From the NCBI RefSeq assembly GCF_009914755.1, contig NC_060936.1: a stretch of DNA of 64,000 bases; one strand, written 5' to 3'. The notes under the pieces are model-generated. The model did not search any database and was not told the origin of the DNA. It saw only the letters and a program-made list of their open reading frames with translations. Below, in pieces: positions 1 through 14,350 of the stretch. The stretch comes from the human T2T-CHM13v2.0 reference genome, Homo sapiens. The stretch's first letter is position 1. Every line of letters begins with the position of its first letter. The translations under genes were made by a program, and so were the position numbers.

Positions 1-1039
1 AGGAAGACGTTTTATGGTCAGCTGTGGAAGCACAGTGAGACTGCAGCTTTGCTAAGTAATTACATTTACTGTGTGTGCTTTATTCCTCACAGAGAAGGGT
101 CACAGGGAAAAAATACATTTTTATTTATAGTGTTGTGAGGTATAGACCTTTGATCTTTTATTAGTCAGTAGTCTGCTCCAAAGGAATGCTCTCTTTTCCC
201 TGCTCTGCAGTCACTCGTGAAAATGACATGTTTATTTATGTTTAATGGTTCTTTCAGGCTGTGCATTGTGATACTTACCTTCCTTTTCCCTCCTCTTTGT
301 CTGCAGTTAGTAACACAAAAATGTTTTAGTCTTGTAGTGAGTTTAGTTTGGGGAAGTCAGAGTTCAGGCATGTTAATACAAGCAGATTTCTGTCAGATAT
401 ACTCCAGAGTGATTTAGTAAAATATATTACTGTTTATTATATGTTTGTTCTTCAAGGAGGTCAGAAGAGTCCGGAACAGACTTTTTTTGGGGCGGGAAGC
501 AGGGGAAGTGGTCAGGAAATGAACAAGACATTAATTTTATATTAATTTTTGGACATTTAATGGTTAAAGTCACTTAAAATGCTAATTTGAAACAACATAT
601 ATGAAGTTTATTAATCTAGTATTTTCCATTTGCATTTAAAGTTAATCTTTACCAATTGAAATATTGTAAAAAACTTTTAAGAAAATCCTAAGAATTGAAC
701 TTTTCTCTAAAGTTTAATATCTACACAATTTTTAGATTCTTCCACATAATTCATTTCCAAAGACATTAAAAAACATTTTTACACTTTTTAAATTACTAAA
801 TCATGAATATTATTCACAGGATTGACCTAGAAATTATAAATCATATAATTAAATGAAAATTCATATTTGCCATGCTTTATTCGAACTTAACGCTGTTTTG
901 AAAGTGAAGTCCCTTAATTGTCCTTAGGTTTTCTGGGTCTCTATTTTATAAAATGAAATTCTAACAAAATGTGTCTCTTAATCTTATTATTTTATAGTCT
1001 TCTCCAGGGAGGGAGATTTGCCAATAATTGCTGGAAGAA

Positions 1040-1272
1040 GGCAGCATGGTGTAAGGAAAGAACATGGCTTTGCAGTCAGTATAGCAGGGTTTTTTAGTCC
1101 TTTTTCCACTGGTTATTTGCTTTGTGCCCTTGGACTTTTGAGTCACAGTTTCTTCACATACGTATTGGGGCATAAAACCTACCTCCTTGGTTTATTGTAA
1201 GAATTAAATGATACAACGTGTATATTAGGCTCCAGACAGTTCCTGTCACATGGTATGAACTCAGTAAATGTG
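1040..1272 (+). mobile_element. MIR SINE remnant
   Basis: gcagcatggtgtaaggaaagaacatggctttgcagtcag...ttattgtaagaattaaatga...cacatggtatgaactcagtaaatg resembles the MIR consensus. Confidence 0.6.
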
Positions 1273-1557
1273 AATTCCTTTCAACTGTTTTTAAACTTCC
1301 TCTCTTTTCTCAACCTCTTGTAAACTGTGTTCACAGATTGCACTGCTATCATGTAGTGTGTATTTTACCTCTAAGGTACAAATAAAGCTAGATTGAAAGT
1401 AAGCTCACGGGCTGAAAAATAGGCGTTTGAAATTTATTAGCAGTATGTGCATGTGTTCAGTTCCAGATAAAACTGTAACCATCAGTTGTGCAATGAATGT
1501 GTTTAATATTTGTGATGTTTTAATTTGATTTTTGTTTTTGTTTTTTCTCCTACTCAG

Positions 1558-1684
1558 CTCTTGCCCCTGTTCTTTGCTTCTCGTTTTGTTGGTGAAGATA
1601 TCACAGTGATGTCTGCATTCAACCTGCTGCATTTGGTGACAAAGAGCCAGCCAGTAGCCCTTCGAGCCTGTGGGCTTCCCTCAG
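1558..1684 (+). other. MSRB3: MSRB3 exon (127 nt) carrying 5' UTR and the mitochondrial-isoform start codon
   Basis: Long T-rich tract ending ...ctcctactcag at 1557; ATG at 1609; donor TCAG|gttgct after 1684; its phase-1 end joins in frame to the exon at 19846. Confidence 0.9.
1609..1684 (+). CDS. MSRB3: MSRB3 coding segment 1: mitochondrial targeting peptide MSAFNLLHLVTKSQPVALRACGLPS(G)
   Basis: 25 codons plus 1 nt; no acidic residues, K/R present; recognised as the N-terminus of the mitochondrial MsrB3 isoform. Confidence 0.92.
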
Positions 1685-2439
1685 GTTGCTGCTTGTTGTA
1701 CTGTACATAGTGAAGGCACAGGGCCAACTGGGTGTTTCTGCTGCAGGAAATGATACACCATCATGCTTTGCTAAATTTCATTTTCTTTTACTTGGGCCCT
1801 AATTTGAAGACGGAAATTGGTTATAAATCACCACTCTACTTTGAGTAACATTCATTTCCACAATCCTTACAACCCTTGGAACATTGTCCAGTTTCCTTGC
1901 CCAGTGTATAATTGTCACTAATATTTCATATCTTCTTGTTCTTTAATGCACACTACACATCTGCAAATCATAACGTTCATAAGAGGCTGGCAGTCTGAGT
2001 AAGAAACTGCCCCAAATCACACAAAATAGGACATTCATCTTGTTAAAGGATAATGAAAATGCTTTTCATTCCACATGTGGTCATTCCTTTAGGAAAAAAT
2101 GAAAATGAACAATGTTAGCATAATTAAGTTACCAATTTATTGTAGTTAAAAAGAAAGAAAGTTCTACTTAACAATGGCCAAATAAACAGAACTAATATAG
2201 CATGCATCAGTGGGTTCTTAAATTAGAACCACTGTACTTTTTAAAAATGTGATTTTAAGAATTTAAATAAGTGAGGCATGAAAGTCCAAAATTTTATATG
2301 CGCCTGTATCATAAGCTTAATATTTTAATTTTATTATGAAAACCACAATGGCTAAATATTTTACTTCTGTGAGCGTGATTATCAATATTATTTACATTTT
2401 TCCATTAGTGTACATATCTATCACTACATTGTATAAGGA

Positions 2440-3110
2440 ATTTAATTCCAACTCATTAGATGTTAACTATGCATGCCAGGCATTGTGTTAAGCAGTGAGG
2501 ATACAGTGATAAATAAGGTAAAGCTGATTTTTTTCAACAAGTACAAGGTGGAAATGGAACTGTGTGAGGACCATTAAATCATATGTTGACCTGACTAGAC
2601 TAGAGGTATTTATACTTGGTGTGTTATGGTAATTCAGAGGAGGTTGTTCCTAGATCTTTTCTTTAGGAGAAGAAATGTTGGAAGGAAGGGAAGATCTCTG
2701 AAGTTTAAGGAGGGCATTATGGAGGATATGGTGCTTGAGCTGAATCTCAGACTGGTAGCACAGTTAGCCTGGTTTCTAAGCAGGGTGGTGGGGAGGCCGT
2801 TTTTAACAAAAGGAGTAGCATGGGAAAACATGAAGGCCTGAAAGAGCAAGGCATGTTCAGAGAAATACAGTTATTCATATGGCTGGTTTGGATGTGCAAG
2901 GGCAAATAGAAGAGGTAAGGAAGGAAAGGTAGCCAAATCATGAAGCACTTTATATGATGTTTTAAGGAATTTAAGTCTTGGGGAGATGAACAGGAATCAC
3001 ATGACTTCATTTGCATTTTACAAAGATTATTGATTTAGTATGGTAGGAGGTCAGTGCTGGTTTTTCAGATGTTTCTGTGAGAGAGGCTGGGATGGCAACC
3101 TGATTAGAAG
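2440..3110 (+). mobile_element. Degraded L2 LINE (antisense 3' region as read on +)
   Basis: Typical L2 phrases: tatgcatgccaggcattgtgttaagcagtgaggatacagtg, gagctgaatctc, catgacttcatttgcatttt. Boundaries and orientation are approximate. Confidence 0.45.
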
Positions 3111-3797
3111 GAGTAAGGTATTTGTCTTGAAGCTATATTTAAATAGCAAATACACTTTTTTTAAAAGTAGATCTTATGTCTGTTTATGGTGACATGAGGG
3201 GCTAATGAAGCTTAATGTATAGAGGCCCCAACCACTCTTCTCAGTATGCCCCCTAGCCCCACATCCCCCTGCACTGCCACCATAAAGAGTACTGGAGGAG
3301 TGTGAGGCTGGAATGACATGTGAAGTGCTGAAGACTTGACTGTGGCCATTACAGTGGAGTTGAAAAGAAAGATTGTAATTGGGAGAGATTCAGACTGTAG
3401 AACTGACAAGGTTTGTCTGTTGAATTGTATACGACCTTGAGGGAGAACCTCAACCACTAGTTCTTGTGCTTTGCAGAACCTTTTCAATGCTATACCGTAC
3501 ATATCACAGGTGGACTATGGAGGTTATTTAGATTATACATAATGATGTTTCTGGAAAAAGCTCCAATGTGTAAAAGTACCCAGCATAGTTCTTGTAACAT
3601 TGGTTTGCCAAATACAGGGGAGGCTAAATGTTTATAGAAACCACATTAATTAACAGTGTATTCTTCAAGATATGACAGTCATGGATTAAAGGGTTTCATA
3701 ATGAGATTGTTTAACTGAAATATAAATATCTTTAAATTTTGATAAAATGATTCAAAGATAAATTCAGCAAAGCTGATAGTTTTTAAAAAATTAACCA

Positions 3798-4005
3798 TTA
3801 TGGTACAGTGCTTAAGCACACAAATTCTGTATGAGGTCAGACTGAGTTTAAAATCTGACTTTGCCACTGACTAGCTGTGTGCCTTAGCTTCCTTGTTTGT
3901 AACATGGAGATAATAATAGTACCAACCTGAAAGGGTTGCTGTGAGAATTAAATAGATTGGGATGTGAAAAGTGCTTAAACCTGTGGCTGGCATTTAGTAA
4001 ACACC
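3798..4005 (+). mobile_element. MIR SINE
   Basis: ccactgactagctgtgtg...gtaacatggagataataatagtaccaacct...gggttgctgtgagaattaaat...aaagtgcttaaac: MIR core and tail. Confidence 0.75.
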
Positions 4006-7000
4006 ATATATGTCTTCACTATGTTCAATATGGAAATTCATGTATCTGTATTAATATAGATTTATGTTTTTCCAATACAACAGACTTTTCAAACTTTTAA
4101 ACATGTCCTATGTTTCATTTAACTATTTTTTACTTTCATGGGACTCACAAATACACTTTATGTTTGAGGAATAACCATCTTGACCTGTTGTTCTGATCTC
4201 TTTATTTTACTTATGCACCCTGCTGAACCAGAATTCAAGTCCTATAAATATACAAGAGATTTCTTTTATTCTTACTACCCAGTACTGGTAAAAGCCCAAA
4301 GAAACTCTCATCTTTCTTATCTAGGGCTTGTAAACCCATTTTAATTTGAAAAATGAGTTGACTAGAATAGTATTCCATAATTTCTCGACCATTCAAGCAC
4401 CACTAGTTTTTAAAGTGTTATGAAAGTCAGTCTTTGGGTGTCTACATATTTTATAACTTGGATTTAGCAAAATCTGTATCATCATCAATTTCTCTAACAG
4501 GATTTTGCTCTTAGATATATAGAAATGTTGAAGAAATTAACTTCAACAGTAATGAAACAGACTGCTTAAATTTTGAAAAATAAAGATGAAATTGAAATGG
4601 GAATTCTAGTCCCTATTAGTTTGTACAGGTAGGGAAGAGAAGAGGCCAAAATTGGAAATACAGGAAGTGAAGGTGAAAGTTTGAAGTCTTGCTTTAATAT
4701 AATGTTGCTGGTCAAAACCCATTACAACAGAAATCTCTGTAAATCAAAAAGATGTCTGTTCCCTAACCAGTACCCTACTAATTTTGAGTATTATTCAATA
4801 TGAAATAATTCCAGAACTAAAATATAATTGGAGCAAGCTCTTAAAGTTGATTATAACTGGATTGACCTGCATGAAGGCTATATCCCAGAAGAGTGATCTA
4901 TTATTTTTCAGCTTTGACTTTTTTTACGTCTTATTTTTTTAATAAAGTATAATTTTAATTTGGAGCTTTTTAAGTGCATCTGAGTTATGGTTCACTCATG
5001 TTTGCAATTAAAGGTAATTTTTCTCTCGCAGAATTTCTTCTTAATTTCTTACAACAGTTTCTTTAATGTATTAAAAGAACACTGGATTAGGAGTTAGAAA
5101 ACTCTAACCAAAGCTCTGTCCTTAACTTGCGTGACCTTGAACAAATCAATAAACTTCTCCTGATCACAGTCTCTTCATCTTTATGAGGAATTAAAATTAG
5201 ATAGTATATTTAGTTCTTAAATTCTGTGATTTTATTAACTGTCACTTGTTTTTACTTTTGACTTTAGGTTAATCAGATCTTAAAACTCAGTACTAACTAA
5301 TGCTGGGAACTTATACAGAGAAGTCTGCTGAGTTGTGGTGGGAGGACACAGTTTCCATGTTTGAACATTAGAATTCCTTGCCTCTTAATCAAGACTGAAG
5401 CATTATCTGAGGAGGAATCAGGAAGCCCAATTTTATACATAGTTTTAATGCTAGATAAAAATTAAGTGTAATTGTAGCTTAGACTAGATATCATGATAGC
5501 TTTCAGCCAAGTGAGGGTGAAATAAATAAAATTTGTCTAAATAGTACTAATTAGAGTGATAAATTATACTTTTTTTCTACCCTCATACATATAATTTGTG
5601 GTTGTGATTCTTATTTGACATTATTGGCATATTTAATAGTTTCCATGAATTGAAGAGTCACATGGCTGTAGCTTATAAATATATCATAGTTTTCTAATGT
5701 AGCAATTAGAAGTCTTAGAGATATTTTGCAAATGGTGTTAGAAAGTCATTGATTATCATCTGTATAACTAGAACTCCATGAATCAGCGGCTTATGGCTCC
5801 AGAGCTTAACACAGTGCCTGGCACTTAATAAATATATGTTAAATGAATCAGTAAACATTTGGAATGTTTATGTGTAGGTGAAGTCATAGCTGTAAGAGAG
5901 TACAAATTTATTTGAAACTCCTTTATATGGGAAGATTAAAAGTGAAGTTCATAGTTTGGTTTACTTTTGAATTTATTGTCTGACAATTTTTTCTCACTTT
6001 ATTGCATTAATACAATACAGGGGATGTCATAGGTATAAATCACATTGTAGCTAAACAAAAAACAAAAGTGGCAACAGATTCAATGCATGTTATCCAGAAT
6101 TGCTTTTACCTTTTCTTGCAAACAGTTTTGAGTTTTGGTAGTAAACTGTTTGAGGCGGTGAATAAGTACGTAGTATACTTAGCATAAGACTTAAGAACTC
6201 TGGCCCTTTTGATCACTTCTTTGCAGCAAATTATTGTTTGTTGTGCTTTAAAGTCTCCATTTGTAAAGAGGAAATACTACAGATACACATTAAAGCCACA
6301 TCCATCAGTAACAAGTACTTATTCAATTTGAGCTGGCAATAGTTCATTAATAGAACTGATGTACTTAAAAGATAATCAGAATCGTCAGTGTGCTGTTCAC
6401 TTACTGAATGCATTGACTTTCTATATTAGTTCTTCAGAATCTTTTTTGGGTCATGAAAAATATGGACAACCTACATAGTGCTTTGATAAAAGTTATGACC
6501 TTCTTTTCCAGAAAAGACATATATGCATCTACACATGTTTTCATATAATTTCAAGAAATTTTTTGTTAAGTCTTCTGAAACTCTTCAAAGGGGGCTCTTT
6601 GACCACATATTCAGGACCTCTGTTCTAAAAGATGCACATGAACCCAATCTAAAACTCGGATCAGAACACCGTGTTTCTGATTTCTGTATTGGTGTCCCTA
6701 AAGGAATTCTCTCCCTTGTGTTCAGATTAATGCCCTCAGTTCTCCAGTTTCACCATTCTTACCCAACATCTGACCTAACTTTATCTTACCTAATTTCTTT
6801 GATTATATTAAAATGCCGTGGAGAGGATTTTTTTTAAAGAAATAGAAAAAAGGACATACAAATTTCAACCCGTAATTCACAAAATAATTTGCAATTAGTT
6901 GATTAAATGGTATCCACTTTTTCCAGTAGATGGCACTAGGTTTACATTCTTTCATAGCATGAATGATTATTGATATTAGCACATAGGTGCATTGTGAAAA

Positions 7001-8413
7001 CTTAAACAAAAGTATATAAGGAATAGCCAGTTAAGAACATATGGATTTATAATCCACAAATTTTTCTGCTTATATTATGTTCAAACAATATTTGTAGAGC
7101 ACCAAACCTTTTTCCATTTTCAATAAGATTCTGACTCCCTTATGCTTGGCCATCTCATTGAAATTGTCTTTCATGTGTAGACTTTCTATAAACTGAAACA
7201 AGTTTTCATAAATTATCTTGTATCCAAATAGCTGATTTAACAGTCATTTATAGTTTTATATGCAGCTAAATTTTCTTCAGCAGACCACCCAAGAATTAAA
7301 GAAAATTTCACATTTTGTTTTGCTGTGTTTTGAATTTTTATAGAATCTTGAAAATGTTATTAGTTTAGCATGTTGACTGTTAAGCATGAATCGATTTTTG
7401 CATGAATGAAAATATTTTAGAAAACTAAGAAAAATTATATTTAAAATGTTGATTAAATGAGTACTCTGATGCAGCTATATTTTTCTAAAACAAACTGTTT
7501 TAGTAGCCCTATAATATAATAAAGTTTTAGTTAATGTTGAAAAGTTGCTGTGCAGCATCTAATTACCAGATGAACTTTTAATTATCTGTGACAATGGATA
7601 TTAGTTAAGGCTAAATTGTTATACAACAATAAGACTGTATGAATAAGATGTTGGGCATATGGTTTGTTAAGTGTGGATTCTCTTGATTTTCTGGTAAATA
7701 TGGAATAAATTCTTTATATACCTTAAGAATTATAAAATACATAACACCTAGTAACAAGAGAGTTTAAATAGGCATGAAAAAAACAATTAAATCTTAGTTT
7801 TGTTTGAGAAATTCATTAGTTAACAATGACTGTACAGTGTGTAAAACATAAATTCTGAAAACAAATGATAATTCTACAGGGTTAGAATATCTAGACAATA
7901 TGCACTTTGGAGGAATCATATAGGCAATTAGATGCTTATTTATCTAAACATATTCACAATAATGTTATGTGACAGATTGTAGAAGGATTTATTAAAATGA
8001 GCTAACTCTTGCTCTCAACAAACACAAGTTTAATGAAGGAATGAGCCATGAATGACAGCTCACAGATTCAGTAATATTGTGGGTAGATATTTGATGAATT
8101 TTTACTATCATCCTTTCCTAGTTTACAATTTCATCCTAAACATTTTATTTAGAGATTGAATTTCTCATAACTGCTTCTGCTAGGTATACTGTAATTTAAC
8201 ATTCTTTAAAATAGATTGTATTAAGATGCAACGATAAATTATCTGAAATTACCTTTTGTGCCTTTGCATTTGAAATCAACGATTTACTTGAAAATTTTAA
8301 ATCCTTATTTCATTTATTTCAATTTCCTATATATTTTTATTTTTTAAAACATTTAGTATATTTACGCTTGTATTAGTAATTTAAAAATGCGTGTTATAAA
8401 AAATACACCATGA

Positions 8414-8717
<304 letters not shown>

Positions 8718-11700
8718 CCCATGAAATGACAAAAGATATCAGTTATTTAGATGGTTAATAAGAGATATACTTTTATAGAGTTTAAATTTATGTATTAACT
8801 TTTATGATAAGCATTTCTTTCAGTACTAGATGTATTTATTATATTGAGCCACATAGTTGCAAGGAAGGAATGGAATGTTAATTTTTATCACTAGAGTATT
8901 TGAATTTGAGGCAAGCAAAGAAAATTCAGAATCCTGTAACTATAGCTTTGTAGGATTTTGTTTTGTTGCAGAAATACATGTTAGCGCAGAAAGATAAAAC
9001 TGTTTATATTATATTCCACTTGATTAATGTTTTAATCTTCCTTCTGCAAATTTTAGATAATCTCACAGCAAATTTCAGAGCTTCTCATCATATTATTGGT
9101 ATTGATGAAGAAAGAGATTAGACACTGATCTGTATTTACTAGTTTGTTTCTACCACCAACTTGCTTTCTGGCCCCAGGAATCTTTGTTTTGTACCTTTTA
9201 TTCCTATTCTGCATCTGTAAACTGAGAATTTTGTAACATTCTTGTCAAATCTTTTATAAAAGATATGACCTTCAGGTGAGGGTTATTGTATTATATTATA
9301 TTATATTACATATTAGCTGACATTTTCCAAAAGTTTGTTCTGTGCAATTTAAGTGCCTTGTTGTAAGGGAGAAGAAATTGGGGAAAAAAAGATGGGGGTG
9401 GAAGGGAGGACGCCAAAAAGTCTGGGAAATGTCATGGGTTTGATCAGGCAAAATCTGTTTCAGTTATGGAAAGTCCTTGGTTCCTGCAAAGCAAGCTCCA
9501 GAAAGGTAGAAATTTTTGTCTGTTTAGTTCACTGTTACAATTCAGCAACTACAGTTGTGTCTATCACATAATAGGTGTTCAATAAATATTTGTTGGATGA
9601 ATGAATGCTTGTGAATAAGTAACATCATCTTATATATCAAAATAATGTCACATTACAAGTAATGTGATCTCTGCTCTTAAGGGATCTACATTCTGGTGAG
9701 AAAGATGGCCACCTCAGGTTCAAATTTTATTATCTATAGGATGAAAGGAGTTATATACTTGAAGGTTTGACGATTCTATATGAACACTTTCTCTTTTGTT
9801 TTACCATTGAGGCAGGGAGTAGAAGAAGTGAGAAGCATTGTGCTTCTTTCCTCCCAGAATGTCAGACTGGATTCTCGGAATAGGATTTCAAGCAAAGATA
9901 GTTCTTCTGAAGGATATTGAAGGAATGTGTAGATGTAATTAGTGGGAGGTGGTAGGAGTGGAGGATGAGAAGATGGGGGTAGGGGTGGATTGTGGGCACA
10001 TGGGTTAGCAATAGATAGGTATGGTAGAGTGCAACCAAGCATGGGTTCAAGAGAGAAACAGAATGGACAAATAAACTAAAGGAGGAAGGCTGCAGACAAG
10101 AGAACCTGGCTGTCATTAACCAGGTATGCAACCATGAGTAGTAACTTTTTTGGGCCCTGATTTCCTTTTGAGGGCTTTGGACTAGAAATTCATCATTTCC
10201 CAAATTATAATCTGAGGGACACTAATTCTACTAACTTTCCCTTGTAAAATGGATCTCATCATGAAATTGAGAAACCCTACATACTACCCTATTGCATAAA
10301 TTCTAAGATGCACTGCTTTTACCATTTTACCATCTTGGTAATCTGGATGCAGCTTAAAAATCATTGTGACAAGAATGTATTATAGTTTGGCCACTTTCTC
10401 CCCGCCTTTTTAGTGGAGCATAAAATAATGGGGTATCAAATGACCACATATTTAATAGTGCACATCAGCATAAGAAAATCTCTGAGAAGGTCTTCAAGAA
10501 ACCCATGTCACCTAGATTTGCCTAATCTGATTTGACAGTGGAACCTTTCCCTTCTCACTCTGCAAGAGGAATAACATGTTAGCATTTTTTTCAGAGCCAG
10601 TGTTTTAGAGAATGCATTTTGGGGAATGCTGGATCAGGTAATCTTATAGTCTTAAATCCAGAGAATTAATCAAATATTAGTTATAATAAAAGAGTTGAAT
10701 GTGAAACCCTAGAGAGGTAACATAGGATTCAGAGTAGCAATCTGAATTACTGAATTAATGTTTTTACTCTATCATTATTTATGTTTAAAATTTCACTGAT
10801 TTATTAAGCAAATGTTATTGTTGCTGTTTTTAAACTAATTTCTAAGAAACATAGCCAAGATCATTATTTAGAAAACATCTTTTAGAAAGAAGATTTAAAT
10901 AGCAATAATTAAAGTGGAGAATTGAGTAAGTATTTAAATACAACATATACCCGTTTAGTCCTTCCTTTTTCTCAGCCACATTACTAGGTGCTGGGGATGC
11001 AAAGATGACTAAAATATGTGTGAGCACTGTCTCTCAAGAAGACATTGAATAATGTCTTCCCGTGTCAGGGCAAGACATGGCTTTTCTTGATAAATTTGAG
11101 TGAAAAAGTAAAGTGGATTTTTTTTTTCTCCAGAACTCCTCAGATTTTTCTGGAATATATAGATTCAGATTTAGCTGTTTGTTGAGTGGCAACTGAAGAC
11201 TTGTTTTCTATGCCTTTTGCTTAATTAATTTATATTTGAAATTTGATTTGGGTGGTAATGTAATTTTGGAAATTTGCAAAGCTGAGTTTTTGACAATATA
11301 TATTTTATTTTGTTTCTGGTGAAGTATACTCAATGTTACATTTAAATAAAATTTGCATGATAATCTAAGAGAGGGCTCCTTTCCTTCCTTTTTGTGGGTG
11401 GTTACCGCTCATCTCCCTAGCAGTCGGTGCTCCCAAGGGGAGAAGGAGGATGAGAGAGCGAGCTATTTTTTGCAGATCTTTTTGATTGCATGTGAAATGT
11501 AGAATGGAAATGAGCCTGTCTGTTTTTAATTTTTTTTTATGGGCTATGATGTTCTAGTGAAGACCCATACTGGAAAAAAAAATTAAAAACAGGGAACTCC
11601 AAGTTTGTCAGACGTTTCACATGCAATCAGATAGAATTGAAGTAAAGTGACTTTCTCTTCCACTGTTGTCACTTGATGATGGCAGTGCCTTTAAAAATTC

Positions 11701-13959
11701 TCTTCTTATTTATACGCCTTGCAAGCAAGAAAATGCTCTTTGGATCAAGACATTTTAAAAATATTTCCCTAAACTCTAGGCTTTGTGGTCCACATTAACA
11801 CAAAAAGTGTTGCTCTCAGTATTTGCATTAAATTTTGAAGAGTTGATAAGATACTCTTTAGTTTTTTTATGGTGCTTAAAGAATACTAATAAAATGACTA
11901 CTACACATGAATTCAACAATTAAAAATTTATAACACAAATGAAAGATAGAAAAGTAAAATGTGGCTTCTATCGTACAGTCATTCGGGTGAATTATTAATG
12001 AATGTTTCATCAGGATGAATGTAGTGCTAAACTTCTATTGTTTCCCAACAAGAAAATAATGTAGCTTCATGAATGAGATTTTACTATTAAGGTTAGAACT
12101 TTAAAGGACGTTAATAACCTTTCAGTACTGTGAAAAATACATTTACTCCCCTTGACTTACAGTAAGAAAATGTTTGCACATTTTTCCCCTTAATTTTAAA
12201 ACTGCCTTACTTCTCAGTTCCCCAATTTCTCCCTTTTCAAATCTGAACCTACATTTTATCCTGGTTTCTTTTTTGGTTTGTTAAATTAGCTGCTACTCTT
12301 ACATGAAAGACTGCATACTTTTCATCAGGATAGGGTAATGACCACCTTGACTTGTGCACATTTGATCATACTATATCTATTGGGATGTCTAGATGTAGTT
12401 TTCTGTTTGGATCTTTTCTGGCACCCTGTGAATGCTGTTGGTATTATTTGAGTTTTCTATATTTCATTTATAAGCAGATATGATTAAATCTAGGTGGGAA
12501 AAATTTTAAAGTGTTAACATCCTTTTTGTTAACTCTCTTTACACAAAACTTTGCACATACCTTTACTGTAAGACTGCACATTGTATAGATTGTTTTTCTT
12601 ATCTTTCCTGCTAAAATATGTGTTCTCCTAGAGCAGGAACACTACCTTATTTATTTTTAACTTTCCAGTGCTCATCACAGTTCTTGATTCACTGTAGATG
12701 TTTAATAAATAGTTGTAGAAAGTATAAATTAATATTAGGCTCAACAGTTTTTATCTTCAAAGAATTTACAATGTGTTTGGGAAAATAAAGCAGAAATGAA
12801 TGAAGATGTTTGAGAATAATTGCATAATACTGTATTTGCCCATTTAAGTAGTACCTTGCAGAGTAAATACACTAATACTAAAAGTGCTGATAGCGGTGAA
12901 CTTATCAGGATGTGTAGCCTTGGAAGGAAAACTTGCTTGACAACGTCTTCTGAGTGTATTTATTCAAACCTTCAGTATGAGAACCACACTGAAGGCCATT
13001 TTTATCATTCAACTATGCAGCACTAAAACATATGGTCTTGTTTAATTCAAGAAGTTTACAATGGTATGTTGCCTTGGCATGCTTATAATATCCATTGATG
13101 TTAATTAGAACTCTGTGCATACATCTATAGAATATAATTGAAACTGATCTCGTGGAATTGTCTTATGTGAAGTAAAACAGCAAGAAGGCATTAAATGTGA
13201 TTATTATTATGACATATAAAGATATGATTTTTCTTACATATAGAAAAGAACAAATCTTTACCTTAAGAAGAAACAATTATCTTTTTTCTGAGTCCTAGAA
13301 CTCATAGATTTGTTTTTGTGTGTGTTATGTTTAGGGCTTGGAGAACAGATGAAATAAAACTGAAACAAAATGTAAAAATTAAGAATGTTTTTTAAAAATA
13401 GAACAGGTACTAATTTTATACTTTCTTTGGTTATGGATGTTTCCTGCCATGGCCAGAAGATTACTCTGAAGGGGAGAGTTACTGGAGTGTTTCAGAAGGG
13501 CAACAGCATTGTTTGGCCAAAGGGTTTTTTGTTCTCTAGGCTCATCCAAAATTCATCACCAGAAACAGCCATTGAGTATCCTCTCAGATATAACTCCAAG
13601 TTGAGAATGATGATCTGTAGTCTAAAAAGGATGACTTTAAGTGGACAAAGCAAATTAGCAGAACCTGCACTCTGATCATACGTTGAAAGTTCAGCCAGAA
13701 AAATACTTTCCGAGAGCTATTTTGAGGGTAGCACTTTGCTAAATGGATATTCACTAAACTTTCTCTTGGAAGTAAAAAAAGGTAATGCTAAACAATGCCT
13801 GTATTAAGATACGTAGTTGTAAATTTCCTGGTTTAAAAGCATATGTCTTATATATTTAAATTGTTGCTTATCTATTCATATTCAGGTTTTAGCACTTTCA
13901 CTGAGGTTACCTGTCTCTGTCTCTGCCACTGGAATATGAACTTGTTAGTGTTTTCATCT

Positions 13960-14350
13960 CTTGCATTGATCATTCCTGCCATGTGTTCGGAAAGCTCTTC
14001 CTTCAGAGATCAGCACAGACACCTTCCTCTCCTCCTTCAGGGCTTTGCTCAAATATCACCTCAGTGAGACTTCTTTGGCCACTCTATTTAAGATTATAAT
14101 CCTTATTCCTTTCACTCCCAGTCCTCCAGTTTTCCTTTTTCCTTCCTGAATACTTACCACCTTCTAAGAGACTATATAATTTACTTACTTATTTTCATTG
14201 TAGTTTGTCTGTCTTCCCTTACTCCTGCTGGAATGGGAGCTCCAGGAAAGTAGATCTAAGTACTTAGATCTATTTAGTACTCCAGGAAAGTATCCTAAGT
14301 ACTTAGAATAGTGCCAGCAGATAATAGGTACTCAATAAATAATTATTGAA
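13960..14350. mobile_element. L2 3'-end remnant
   Basis: tcagggctttgctcaaatatcacctc...gaatagtgccagcagataataggtactcaataaat matches the L2 terminus. Confidence 0.6.

Noticed and set aside
1-60. Possible end of an alternative 5' exon (GCTAA|GTAATT)
   Set aside because: Weak donor, and any acceptor would lie outside the window; cannot be supported.
1525-1710. 61-aa ORF MIFVFVF...YCT as a stand-alone gene
   Set aside because: It is the MSRB3 exon read through its flanking intron; only 1609-1684 is coding.
11038-11059. 9-bp stem-loop gaagacatt-gaat-aatgtcttc; similar short stem near 55932-55950
   Set aside because: Short stems like these are expected by chance.
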